Assembly (NCBI RefSeq): GCF_018977255.1
Contig: NW_024704742.1
Coordinates: forward strand, 91,266,001 to 91,330,000
DNA from: Callorhinchus milii
Lineage: Eukaryota
Direction of reading: 5' to 3'
DNA: 64,000 nt
Shown here: positions 34,746-48,408 of the stretch, one piece after another
Position numbering within the stretch: position 1 is the first letter of the stretch
How the letters are laid out: each line of letters starts with the position of its first letter
The notes under the pieces: model-generated
The model's database searches: none
What the model saw: only the letters and a program-made list of their open reading frames with translations
Told to the model about the DNA's origin: nothing
Position numbers and translations under genes: made by a program

Positions 34746-37700
34746 GTCAACTGCACTTTTCCCATTGCATTATTTTCGTACCTAAACTGGATTTAACAGG
34801 AGTCACTGTTCTGCGTTAGTCACATCTCGCCCGCAAAATATACAGTCACTACACTTTACAGTGTATTGTGTGAAGCGCTTTCGAGACGTTTAGAAGATGT
34901 GACAAGGCGCTATATCAAATGCAAGGATTATTATTAGTCGATGGTCCTTGTGGTTCATTCACAGAAGTGGGCGTTTAATAAAAATAAACCTTGTATCTGA
35001 TGCAGCTCCTTGTCACGTCGTTGAGACGTCTCAAAGCGCTTCACAAGCTATGACGTAAAGTGGATTGCTTGTATATTTTATGGGCGAAACCCAGTAGCCA
35101 GTTGCACAGACCAATGTCCCCGTTACAGTGAGTGACTAATTTTATCTGGGGGATTGTTGGCCAGGAGTAACTTCTCTTTTTGAATAGTGCTTTATTTTAT
35201 CACAGGCAGATGGGACCCCAGTATAATGTCTCATCTGGCAATGAAACACGCCCCCAGCGCTGCATTGGAGTGCCAGTTCAGACTTCCAAGTCCTGACGTG
35301 GGGCTTGAAACCACAACCTTCTGACTCAGAGCTGAGCGTGATACCATTAAACCAGGCTGACATGAGAGTAAAGAGAGAGAGAAATGTATATTAAATTTAA
35401 CAGTGATTTAACAGTAATGAACATTCCCACTACACCCCTCTCTCAGATGAACACCTGAACGCTAAACTGACAGGACAAACACACACAGGACATTTCAACC
35501 CCTAGCGACCCGCTATGAAGCCACCACAAACCTGTAAACACCAAAATTAGTCTCTGTAACCCAAGAAGAAGCTAATGAACTTCTGCACTGTACAATTTGC
35601 CCTTTAATATTAAACTGCAAAATATTAAATTCATAACATTTAGAAAGAGCTTCTTTATCTAAAAACCTAGTCTGTAATGTGAAAAGATAATTAAAACCCC
35701 AAAACTAATACTAGACGATTAAACACCCCAAATTCCTATTGCTCCAAAGGATGACTAATCCCAAGATCTTCTAAAAAGTTCTGAAACCAGTCTACAACAA
35801 TAAAAACAACAAATTACATTTGTAGAGCGCCTTTCATGTCGGGAGGACGTCCCAAGTCCAGACTGCTTAGTCTATCCGAGACCAAAAAAATTAATGCTAA
35901 AAGATTAACTTTAAATTAATCTAAATTATTAATTTAGATTAATTTAATTTATAGCTAGCTGGAACCAAATTCTCTAACCCCCAGATTCTTTAAAAGGCTG
36001 AGACCTGCGCCCCAAGTCTTTACTGTTAACTCTAATTCAGACCTTGACTAATGTTAGACCCCTATCTCAGAGCATAAGGCAAAAAATATGCACCTGTAAT
36101 TTAAAAACCTACAACAACAACAACAACAAGATTCCATTTATTGAGCGCCTTTCACGTCGGGAGGACGTCCCAATGCGCTACCCCTGCTCGCCTGCCTGCC
36201 TGCCTTTCGTGTTGGGAGGGTATCACTTTGCTAGATTTCACTCTGAAGTGTCATGGCTGTGTATTTGTGGGTGAGCGCAGAACCTAGTTTGTGCACAGCA
36301 GTTATCAGACAGGCAGTCATGAGGTGAATGACCAATTTTATTTGGGGGATTGTTGGCCAGGAAACTCCCTTTTGTTTTTGACGAGTTTTAATGGAACTTT
36401 TCTGTGCAGCTGAGGGTTTTTGATAGAGATAAAGTATTTCCACTTTCCACTTTCCATTGACTGGAGGGCATCAATTTAAAATAGTTAGCAAATGGGAAAG
36501 TTAGGAGAATATTTTTCACCCACAGAGTTGTAACATATGAAATGGCCATTGGTTGAGGCAGAGCATTGGGTGAGGTAGAATCTATATTGGCTTTTAACTA
36601 GATAAATAACCTAAAAAGGAGTCAAATTTGGGGGATTGGGTAAGGGCAAGTAAATGAGTCTGAAAAAATAGCTCTTAAAAGAGCCAGCACAGATATGGTG
36701 GGCTGAATGACCATGCTCAGTGCTGAATATTTCCATGGTTCTATGATGTTTTACCATTAATATCTATATCTAATGTGTTAATTATAATAAAATAATCTTT
36801 GCATTTAATGCAGTGCCTTTAATAGTAAAACATCTAAAAATGCTTCACATTAATTCCTGTCAAGTGTAGTGACTCTGTATTCTTGGGAAATTGCAGTCAA
36901 TTTGTACACCACAAGTCCCCCAAACAGCCATGAAGTGAATTATCTGGGACCAAGACACCAGGAGAAACTTAGTTTTGTTTTGAATTGCATTTTAGCCAGC
37001 AGAACAGGGAGATGGGATCTGAGTTTATTGGCTCATCTGAAGGATGGTACCTCTGGCTAAGTAATTCTTGAGCACATTGTAATATATTTGGTTTACTAGA
37101 TCTCCTGTCTGGTTACCGCCAAACTGACCTCTCTAATCCTCACAAGCTGACAGCAAAAATGTTCTTTGTTTCACCTGCCAGCAAACCTGTGGAAATTGGT
37201 ATCTTAAGCAAAATTAACTTCATCTATACAGTTTGAATTGAGCTTTCAATAACCACTAGATGTTCGATATATCCTGATCTCATTAAGCACATATTTATTT
37301 GGCTATTTGTTCCTGATTCCACTACATAATAAAAAGGTGTTGTTGTATGCAGAAAAGTAGGGTATGTGGGACCCTGTAGATACATACAATATTTTAGTTC
37401 AGTTGGAATGTGTTTCATTTTGCATCTTAATGAAGTGCTCTGGATTTTCCAGTTACAGTTTTCTATAATTTGCTGTACACATTAAAGTCTTTATTTTGCA
37501 TTTACATTACTCCAGAGTGTTTTTAAACAGATGTTTAACACCCACATGAGTATGCAGCCACACCTCAGCTTAATGTTTCATCTGAAGGTTTAGTGAGTTG
37601 ATACAGCAAGTAGTTAAGCTATGAAAATGCCAGATTCAGTCCCTGGTCTGCGCTGAGTTTGCTGATCTCAGGATCCCAACTTTGGGAGAAAAAAAAATCT

Positions 37701-40624
37701 AGCCTTCCCATTTACCACTGATGTCCAGTGATCTTTGTTAGAAGTTTCTGGAGAACAATAATATAGCTTGGCTGCTATAACAACAACCATTTACATTTAC
37801 ACTATATAGCATCTTTCATGTCAGGAGAACGTCCCAAGGCACTGGACAGTCCAAGGTTTCCACCCAAGTTAGGGATGGGGATGAGAGGGTGGGAGGGGGA
37901 AAGATGACCGAAGGTGCAGTCAAAAAGGAAGGTGGACCTTGAAAGAAACGAGGGAAGGGGTGAGTCATTGGGAATCCAGGACGGAGTTCCAGAGAATATA
38001 AGGTCTAAAGCCTGCTGACAGTCATTGCATACAATACAGTACAAAATTCCATTTGTAAAGCATCTTTCATGTCGGAGGATGTCCCAAGGCGCTTAACAGT
38101 CAGGGATTAGGACCTGAGCGGGGGATGGGAGTTGGGATCAGGAGGGTGGAGGACAGATAAGGTAGGGGGGTGGCGGAGGCATGGTCGAAGAGGAGGGTCT
38201 TTAGGCATGCCTTGAAGGAGGTAAGGGAGGGAGCAAGGTGAAGGGAATGTGGGCTGGAGTTCTAGAGGGTAAGGGCAGAGAGGCTGAAGGCCTGACCGCT
38301 GATGGTGGGGCGGATCGGGCTGGGGACATGGAGCAGGCTAGAATCTGCTGAGCGGAGGGAGCGGACAGGTTGATAAGGAGGTAGCAGGTCAGAGAGGTAG
38401 AAGGGGGCAATGCCATGGAGGGCCTTGAGGGTGAGGAAGAGAATTTTGAACTTGATCCTCTGAAGGATGGTGAGCCAGTGGAACCCGGGCGAGGGTGGGT
38501 GTGATGGGATCACGGAGCCCGGTGCAGGAGAGGACACGAGCTACAGAATTCTGGATGAGCATAGACTCACGTATGAATAATGCTTATTTCGGTAAGGTAA
38601 TGGAAGGTCATGGAGATCCATTTTACCCCTAGGAGAAAAGTACCAGTACTTCTTCAGTGTACTTGGTTGAATACTATGCATTGGAACACACCACATTTTG
38701 ACAGCCCCATTAGAAAGGTTGTTATTCTTCAAAAGTACAATTAGTAGAACTAACACATACAAATTTCTGCAGTGGTATTCATCTTTTATCTACAGTATTA
38801 TACCATAATCTACTCTGGCATTTTTGATGGCAAACAACGAAAAGGACAACAAGATTCCATGCTTTTCATTTTATCCATGCAGTGTTACAATGTTAAATAA
38901 TGCCTACTGTGACTGCATGATGGAGACATCTGACATCAAAAGAGCAAGTGTCCCCTGGTGACTCACTCAGAAATAATTGGAAAGGTTCCTGAAGGTGAGA
39001 AAGTTTACAAAGCTCAATGAGGTTAACAAATCAACAATATCTCACATTCTTAAAGTAAAAGCTAGAGAGTAGAAGCTACATAGTTCAATGGTAGGAACAA
39101 AAAGAGAAGCAGGAAAACCTCCTGCTACGTGAAAATGTTTGTTGGTGGTGTTCAGCAGCTATAATACCCGGACAGCAATAAATGGACAGCTTCTTAAGTG
39201 ACATACTGGATAAATGTTTTGGATAAGGACTTGGGAACTTTGCTGATAAAATGGTTTGGAAGTTGAGACTTCTGTTTTGAAGCCTTTTCAATATTTTCAG
39301 ACAGAACCCCCATTATTTGGTCTCTAACATACCTCAGTACTCTGTGAATGACATCTAATTTGGTCCTGACAACTTGTCCACTTACGTTCCAGCTTTTGTC
39401 TATATTTATTATAATTCCTTCACAACTTCACAACCAGCCTCTCTCCCAGCACATGCTTTTCTCTGTCTACTGCAAAGAACTTATTTAGCAAATCAACCAT
39501 TTCCTTGCTTTCCACAATACATTTATCTTTCATATCCTTGAATGGATCTACAATCCCCCTATTCTCTTTTTGTTTTTGTTTTTGTCGCATTTCAGCCACT
39601 ACGCCCTAAAACTCTGGAACACTCTTCCTCAATCCCTCTGCCTTGCCCCCCTCTCTCCCCTTTTCCGAGTCCCGCCTGAAAATCCTTCCACTTTTGACCA
39701 TGCTGCGGCTACCCCCTACCTCCCACCCCCCCAGCTCAGAGTCAAGCTCCGCCATCGTTAAGCGCTTTGAGACTCTACACTGCATGCAGCACAGCGCCTT
39801 GGGATGTCCTCCCAAAGTGAAAGGCACTATACAAATGTAATCTTGTTGTTGTATATAAATGCACGTTGTTGTTGTTGTTTATGTGTCTGTAAAAGCCTTC
39901 TTTATTTCCTCTTAAGTTTCCCACATTCAGTCCACTAATAATAAAGCTTTGTGCTGCTTGTTGAAAGATGAACAAGAAGGACCAAAGTGGAAGGAAGGAA
40001 AACAGATTCTGACTTCAGTTTCACCTGTTTTTATACATTGAAAAACACCTGCTTCCAATAGCAGAGCTAAAAGTGGAAAACGTTAACAATCCTATCATTC
40101 CACAGTACAGCAGTTTTTGAGCTGATAATGATTTTACTCTTTACTGATTGTTTGATGCATGGGTTTCAATTATACAGAATTGCGTAGAATGGTATGGAAA
40201 TAGACCATTCAGCTCAATTAGTCCTTGCTAGCATTTATACAGTACTCCACATGAAATATCAGAGTTCTGTACTGCAAAGCATTAATGACTGAGGTAAGTT
40301 AACCGAGGTGGCTGAATGGGAAAAATCCCTTTGCAAGTGTAACTTTTTGTTTTGTTCTTATTTCCAGTTTATAGGTTTCCTGATCAACCCAACTCAGAAC
40401 ATCCCATCTGCAATGACCAGATGGTTACATCAGAATGTACTTCTCAACTTTATTTTTTTTGTAAGTGTAAAGGTATAAATAGGTATAGAGGCAATAGTTT
40501 AACTGTCTAATACTAAAATATCTTTGGTAATTGTCCAGCGTAATTGTCCAGCGGCAATTGTTAAACCCCTGATTGGCCAGGGCCCTGGAATGTCTTTCTG
40601 ACATGAAGAGCACTATACAAGTGA

Positions 40625-41110
40625 AAATTGTTGTTGTATCAAGATTACATTTGTATAGCGCCTTTCACGTCGGGAGGACATTCCAAGGCGCTGGACAATG
40701 TACAGCATTTCAGACCCAAGCTGAGGTCGGGGGGTGGGGTGGGGGGAGAAGGGAAGGGAGGGGAAGGGGGGTGGCAGATGGCATGGTCAAAGAGGAGGGT
40801 TTTGAGGCGGGACTTGAAGGAGGCTAAGGAGGAGGTGAGGCGGAGCAATTGGGGGATGGAATTCCAGAGGTTGAAGGCAGAGTGGCTGAAGGCTCTCCCG
40901 CCAATGGTGGGGCAGGTGGGTCGGGGGACATGGAGCAGGCCGGAGTCGGCTGAGCGGAGGAAGCGGGCAGATTAGTATGGGTTTAGGAGGTCACAGAGGT
41001 AGGGTGGGGCGAGGCCATGGGGGGCTTTGTAGGTGAGGACCAGGATCTTCAACTGGATCCTCTGATGGATAGGGAGCCAATGGAGTCGGGCAACAGTGGG
41101 GGAGATGGGC
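40625..41110 (-). mobile_element. L2 LINE 3' fragment (similar fragments at ~2040-2580, 6620-6860, 12258-12575, 20711-20960, 22330-22860, 37780-38560, 39590-39850, 59720-60110, 62440-62600)
   Basis: SLASFKSRLKTLLFD motif and the shared 3' stem-loop and tail. Boundaries are approximate. Confidence 0.85.
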
Positions 41111-43004
41111 GAGAAAGGGGGAGATGTAAGTATCCTACTTAGATAGTGGTTTAAAACTAATTTACTTTGGTCATTACACCTTACTATCTGCTCTAGACTT
41201 CTACTGATGGCAAATTTTACTGGCTTCCTTCAGACACTCGAAGGACCTCAGCTAGCTGAGCCTCTGATACATATGGTCCCGTATGGTGATTAAGTACCTG
41301 ATGCCTCTCAGCAATTTATGATCGATCAGGAACTCATGGAGAACAATTCCTGTGCCTCCACTACCTGTCTGCATATTTATAACATTTCATTAATTTAGGC
41401 TCAATGGCTTGAATGGTGTGATATCTATGATTCTCTCCTTTATAGAGGTAAAAAGATTTTAAATGGGATTGAGAAAGTAAATCCAGAGCAACACTTTCCA
41501 ATGCAACAAGATAACTGAACAAGAGGACACAGGTTTAGGGTGGCAAATATTTCTTTACTCAGAGGATTATTAATAACTAGAACAGGTTTCAAGGAAGGGT
41601 GGTGGTTGCAGCTAGACAATAAACTCACTTAAAAAGCTGCTTGATTCTGTGATGGGAGGGCAGTAAGAAGGGTTTTCTGGAGGGATGAAATCAAAGGGCC
41701 TTCCTCATCCAAACTTCCATTGTAATCTGGTGGTATTTTTCTAAGGAACCTTGTCACAATGTCAGGGTGACTGTTATTCAACATAAATCTTAGTCCTAAA
41801 AGTTGTGACTAGAGGCAGTCAGCTGCTTGAGCAAAAATTGTTGATGAATTTTCTAGATTTGCAACTATGGGGTCTAATCTAATCTAATAATAATAATCCT
41901 TGCATTTGATACAGCACCTTATCACGTCATTGAGATGTCTCAAAGCACTTCACACAATATATTGTGGAGCAACTGTATTTTTTGTGGGCGAAACACGGTA
42001 GCCAATTTCACACAGCAGTGTCCCACAAACAGTCGTGGATTCAATGACTAGATTTTTTTTGAGGGATTATTGCCCCCGCCGGAAGGCAATTCTCCAATCG
42101 ACTAACAACTGGGTTCCGACTTACTGCTAGGCAAATAGAGGTGCGTGGAGTGAGGTTTCGCCCTGCATGAGAATCAAACCCGGTTTCTCTTGCTTGGAAG
42201 GCGAGTGTGGTAACCACAATGCTTCAGGACTCCATACATATCTGTGATAGTGTGGAATCTGTGATATTCGTATCCTCAACTATTGTATTAATTGTATCAC
42301 TTCTAGTTTAATTTGCAAAATTCAAAGAACAGCTAAGCATGAATCCCAAAAGCCACCAATGTCCAAACAATAGACTATTGAATCACTGTTAACTTAATAA
42401 AGGTAAGCTGGTTTTGCCATCTGGTTCTGACACTGCAGAATGGTGCTCCTCAAATGCACACAGCTGGGTTTGCACTAACACAGAAGAGAGTTTCCGGGCT
42501 CTTCAAACGTTTTTGATAGCCTCATTCCAAAATAAAGGCCATCCATAAAAAAAACTTTCAAAAAAAACTTTCAAAGGAGATGGAGTAGCCCTCCATTGAT
42601 CCATAGCAACAGCAAAGAGCCAAGTTATGGACTGTTACCATCTGTTCTTGCCCACCGGGTGCAATATAGACTCACATTATTTTTTTAAGATGTGAAAACA
42701 GTAATCTCATGTTCAAAGCTGTTCTTGCTGAACTTTGCATCCAATGCTCAACTGCTGCTGTGTTTGGCTAAAAAAAAATCACTACACATGACAGTAATTC
42801 CCCTTGAAGCACTTGCGCCTTGAAGCAGCGCCTTGGGACGTCCTCCTGACGTGAAAGGCGCTTTATAAATGGAATCTTGTTGTTGTTGTTGTTGTTTGAG
42901 ATGTTTCAATGCTATAGGCGCTGGATTAAATACAAGGATTATTATTATTATAATCTAGACTTTAATAAAGTGTCAGGCGGCTTAGTTGGTAATTAGTTGG
43001 TAGA

Positions 43005-43865
43005 GTGCAAATTTCCTTCAGTTGAACATTGACAAGACGGAAGCCATACTCTTTGGCTCTCGTCAATGTCTAAAATCACATGGTTCTCACATCCACCACC
43101 TACCTGACCTCCCCCTAAAACTTTCCGAACCTGTACGCAGCCTAGGCATCAGGTTCGACACCCCAATTATCCTTCCTACCCCACATCCGGTCCCTCACCA
43201 GCACCGCTTTCTTCCACCTCCGACGCATCGCCTGTCTCCACCAATACCTCACTCCAAAAGCCGCTGAAACTCTGGTCCATGCCTTTGTCACCTCTTGATT
43301 GGACTATCCAAATGCCCTCCTCGCCGGCCTCCCCTCCACTACCATCCATAAAATCCAGATTATTCAAAACTCTGCCGCCCGCATTCTCACCCGCACCAAA
43401 CTCCGCTCCCCGATCACCCCAGTCCTTGACAGACTGCACTGGCTGCCTGTCCCAGAGAAGATCGACTTCAAGATCCTCACCCTTGTCTTCAAATCCCTCC
43501 ACTCCTCTGTACCCCCCGACCTCTCTGACCTCCTCTCTCCTCACAACAGTGCCCGTTGCCTTCATTCCACCGGGTCTGGCCTCCTCCTTGTCCCGAATCC
43601 TCCGCTCCACCATCGGCGGCCGTGCCTTCAGCCACTACGCCGTGAGGCTCTGGAATTCCCTTCCTCACTCCCTTTGCCTCGCCCCCTCTCTTCCTATTTT
43701 CAGGTCTCGGCTGAAGACCTTTCTTTTCGACCGCGCCTTTGGTCACCTTCCTCCCCCTCCCCCTGGCTCGGCTCCGGGATCCGTTACTGTGAATTGCTCT
43801 GAGACTCCGTCGGCATGGAGGGCGGTATATAAATCCAAGATGTTGTTGAAGTTGTTGTTGTTGTT
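43005..43865 (+). mobile_element. L2 LINE 3' fragment
   Basis: [47 protein letters not shown]; (TTG)n tail. Confidence 0.92.
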
Positions 43866-46800
43866 GGTAACAGTCTTACCTCTGAGTCCTAAGGTTGTGG
43901 ATTCAAGCCTCACGTTGGAATTTTGAGCTCATATCCAGGCTGATACTCCAGTGCAGTAATGGTGAGTCCTGTATTATCAGATACATTGAACTTCAGATGA
44001 GACGTAAAACTGCTGTTCTGTCTGTCTGTTCAGGTAGATGTTAAAGATTCCATTGCAGTATTCAGAAAGAGAAGGGAGTTTCGCCCAGTGTCCTGGCCAA
44101 AAATCCTCCAGATAAAAAAATGTTCAATCATTTGCTGGCTGTTTGTAAGATATTGCTTTGCACAAATTGGCTGCCGGATTCATCTGCAATTAGGCTGCTG
44201 CGATCAGCAACAAATGCAGTCACTACAGTTTACATAAGCATGAAGCCCTTTCAGGTATCACAACTTGATAAGGTGCTTTATCAAATGCAAGTGTTATTAT
44301 CAACTCACTTATCTCTGCATTGTACATATTTTCAGCTATCCTTCTTTGGGTGAGATAAGTGAAGTCTCCTTGGAGCTTGGCTGGCTCCAAGGTGACATTC
44401 TTGGAAATGGAATGTCAGAAATAAACTAACCCTCTGTGGTGGTCTCATTGGACCTGAATATTTCTGACAGCACAGCCAGCCTGGCTCGGCAGGAGTTGGA
44501 GGGCAAGCTGGTTACTGGGAGCAGTGATTCTTCCCATTTTTTTCCTGTAACCCAGTAAGCCAAATCCCTAATGGGTAGGGTGGTCCTAGCTGGACAAACA
44601 AATTGTTTCCCACAAAATATAGTCAGTTCACTTTACTATATTCTGTGAAGCGCTTTGAGGCGTCTCAATGACGTGATAAGGCTCTATATCAAATGCAAGG
44701 ATTATTATTGTTATAGACAGCAAGAAGCTTGCCTGGAAATGTTCGCAGTGGCAATCTATGCAGCTTTAGCTGGTTAGACACCAGCAATACCCAATGCACA
44801 TTCTGAGCTCTCACCAATCTGTGCCTAGTACTCTCTCGAATTAGATAAGCAGCGTGCATCCCTCCAGAGAGAGAGTGCACATTCCATTCCTGACACAGGG
44901 AAATTTCCATGTGCAGATGGCATACATATGTGTAATATTACTCTTAAGCATGGTGATGTGCTTGAACACAAGTCACACACTAGGTTGGCTAAAATCAGCT
45001 TTTCACAACACAATATAAGTATCACAAGACAGTAGTACTATATTATAAATTTGCTGACATCAGCACTTAGAATAACCGTGATCGGTGTTTATATGCTTGC
45101 ATCCTCACTGTCTATAGTTTATGGTTAAAACTGTTTGTTGTAAATCCTGTTTCTGGACTTCGTTCATTTGCATTGTCTGGATGTTTAGAGAACCACATCT
45201 GTTGATGTTTTACTCCTGGAATCCATCTATAAGTAAATGGGTTGAGGGGGGGTGGGGTCAGGAATGGAATGCACACTCTCTCCCTGGAGGGATGCACCCT
45301 GCTTACCTAATTCCAGAGAGTATTAGGCACAGATTGGTGAGAGCCCAGAGTGTGTGTTGTGGTACTGCAGTGAGTAATAAATTAATGTAGTTACAATCCA
45401 TACTTTCAGGGAAAAAAATATAACGTATCGGAATACAGATCCCAAGAAATCAGAGAGACTGTCTGTTTCATTTCCCACATGCAAGAATAATGATATGACC
45501 AAACTGATGGACACTGCCTTGCATGTGAAACAAGGAACAGGATGCCTACACGAGTGAGACCCAAGAACAGAAACCGTACTGAAAAACACAGCTCTGCCAA
45601 TATTTAGAATGCTTGGCTAACAGTGTGGTCAAATGATGTTATCCCCAACTCCAATTAAAACTATAACTAGGACAAAGGGGCTAATTAAGGTGATGGCCAA
45701 ATGTTATTTGTATTGGTCCGTACACTTGGGTTTTCACCATAAATGCTGTGGCATTTTGTGTGTCTGTGTACGGATTACAATGTATCTGCTGATTTCCCTA
45801 TAGGACGCGCTATATAATTAACATAAAATATTGATACATCTTTGCTACTGAACATAATAATCACATCAAACAGAGTTCTGTAAGACACATACTGATTACT
45901 GTATGTTTATCACAAATGAATGCCACATTATTCATACCATTTCCTGAATGTTAGTCACAGGGGATGGAATTGTTCACAGCAGGAGAGTCACAGATAGGAA
46001 TACTAATAAGGAATTAATTTAAAACAGGTCTGCACAGGTTCCAACAATTTTACACTCTGCAATGGTAAGTGGAAACATGAAGTGGCTCTGGCATGAAAAG
46101 TAAAGAATTTTAATGTTCAGCTATTTTCACGCCAATACCCAGAGTGAATGTGGTGTAGCTCTAAAGTAAGAAGACATCCATAATTGTGGTAATTTTAACA
46201 AAGAGTGCTCTTTTGAGGGGACATTAATGCCTCATCTACACTTTTTACAGATATAAAAATGGTGATCAGTTTCCATCATTTTTATCAGTATATTTTTGGG
46301 GAAGGAGAAAACAGCAGAGCATTCTTGTGATAAAGATGACAATTATAGATAGTAGTGATCATTAGGGACAGTGATCTTCAAGGTTTATTGCATTCACACA
46401 ACCTAGGTAGTCTTTTTCATGTCTTTTTACTGTAATAGCGCAAACTTATGGCAACTTTTCTCGGTGAGATTTAAATTACACAGTGAATGCACCAAATCAT
46501 TAACACATATAAACATTTTTAATGTACAGAAGATGCTGTAATTTATAATTATAAACCTTGCATAATTATAAACCTTGCATTTGTTATAGCTCCTTCCAGG
46601 TTGGGAGGGTTTCTCAAAGTGCTCTCAGAATTTACTGTGAAGTGTGGTGACTGCATATTTTATCGGCAAATTCAGGAGTCAATTTGCACACAGCATTTTC
46701 CCACAAACAGCAGTGAAGTGAATGATCAATTTTATCTGTCGGATTGTTTGCCAGGACACCAAGAAAAAGTCCATTCCCTTTCTGAATACTGCCAACGGAT

Positions 46801-47064
46801 CTTTAACATCCACTGAACAGGCAGACAGGTCTTCATTTATTGTCTCAACTGAACTGATGACACCTCTAATAATACAGTTCACATCCAGCACTGTTTTGGA
46901 ATCTTACTATGTTAATTCAAAGCCCTTACGCAAGGCTTGAACCCATAACCTTCTAACTCAAAGGGAAGTGCTACCAACTGAACCAGGCTAACACCGAAAG
47001 TAAATTTATCACACAACTTTTCAGGCAATTTCAGGGCAAATAAAAAAAAAGCTGGAAGGTAAAA

Positions 47065-47800
47065 TCTTAAAGGGGGTGAAGGAACAGAGAGACCTCGGCG
47101 TTCACATAAGTAAATCTTTGAAGGTGGCAGGACAGGGAGATAAAGCTGTTAAAAAAGCATACGGGATACTAGGCTTTATAAATAGGGGCATAGAATACAA
47201 AAGTCAGGAAGTTATGATGGACCTTTATAAAACACTGGTTAGACCTCAGCTAGAGACTGTGTTCAGTTCTGGGCCCCACACTTTAGGAAGGATGTCAAGG
47301 TTTGGGGAGGGTCAAAGGAGGTTTACCAGGATGGTACCAGGAATGAGGGACTTCAGTTATCAGGAGGCTGGAGACGCCAGGATTATTCTCCTTGGAACAG
47401 AGAAGGTTAAGAGGCGACTTAATAGAAAAGTTAATAGTTTTCAAAATTATGAGGGTATTCGTTAGGGTGAACAAGGAGAAACTATTTCCACTGGCGGGTG
47501 GGTCGGTAACCCGAGGGCACCGATTTAAAATAGTTGTTAAAAGAAACAGAGGGGAGGTGAGAATTTTTTTCACACAGCGAGTTGTTCAGATCTGGAATGC
47601 ATTGCCTAAAAGGGTGGTGGAAGCCGATTCGATAACAACTATTAAGAGAGTAGATAATTATTTGGGGAGGACAAGTTTGCAGGGCTATGGGGAGAGAGCG
47701 GGGGAGTGGGATTGATTTGAATAGTGCTTTTCAAAGAGCCCGCACAGACACGATGGGCCGAATGGCCTCCTTCTGTGCTGTATAATTCTGTGATTCTATG
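47065..47800 (+). mobile_element. CR1 LINE 3' fragment
   Basis: Peptides EQRDLGVHI..SLKVA, LYKTLVRPQLE, FFTQRVVQIWNALP; tail ttctgtgattctatga. Confidence 0.92.
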
Positions 47801-48398
47801 AAATAGTGGGGTCGTGTAAGCACTATTAATGTGCAGTGAGATCTCCAATTTAAAGTCAATGAATTCTGTGCACACAAACCTATTTGGGCTGCAGCAGTTT
47901 TATCTTGGATCAAAGAATCCTGCCACTGAGATGTACAAGCTGGATGGCAGTACAAGATCACCATATGAATATCCCACGTGACACAGAGACACACCATACA
48001 CGGATAAAGATGCTTTCTCTTTCTACTGCATTCATATTGACATGAAAGCCAAGGCCAATATGAAGAATTTATGGAATTTATGGAACCAATACTTCAGTGA
48101 CCTGCATGTCAAATATGCCTGGGTAAATTATCAAAAAGCTCTTATTTTGTAACCATGACGAGGAATGCCGACCCTTTGGGAACTGCAGCAGCATAGAGGT
48201 AGGCGTTGAAAAGGGAGATACGCACTTGACAAGTGATGATATTGAGGCATATGGGAAAAAGATAGGAAAATAAGATGAAAAAGGTATACCATAAGCTAAT
48301 AAGATTGTACAACAGGCTCGGTCAGCTGAATTTCTGCTTCTCTTCCTCTGTTCCTATTTTAGGAACAAAATGTGTGCTTTTAAAAAAAAAAAAATTAT

Positions 48399-48408
48399 TT
48401 TATTTATT
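48399..48408 (-). terminator. Candidate polyadenylation signal of C9orf72 (overlapping AATAAATAAA)
   Basis: Two overlapping AATAAA hexamers followed by a T-rich tract on the minus strand, ~2 kb after the stop. Another AATAAA at 49461-49466 is an alternative. Confidence 0.4.

Noticed and set aside
34433..34819. Short GC-rich ORFs over the CpG island
   Set aside because: Expected from stop-codon scarcity in GC-rich DNA, with no recognisable protein similarity.
35400..36080. A/C-skewed stretch suggesting a NUMT or hAT transposase remnant (LSDEHLNAKL)
   Set aside because: No recognisable mitochondrial gene, and the peptide similarity is too short and closed by stops.
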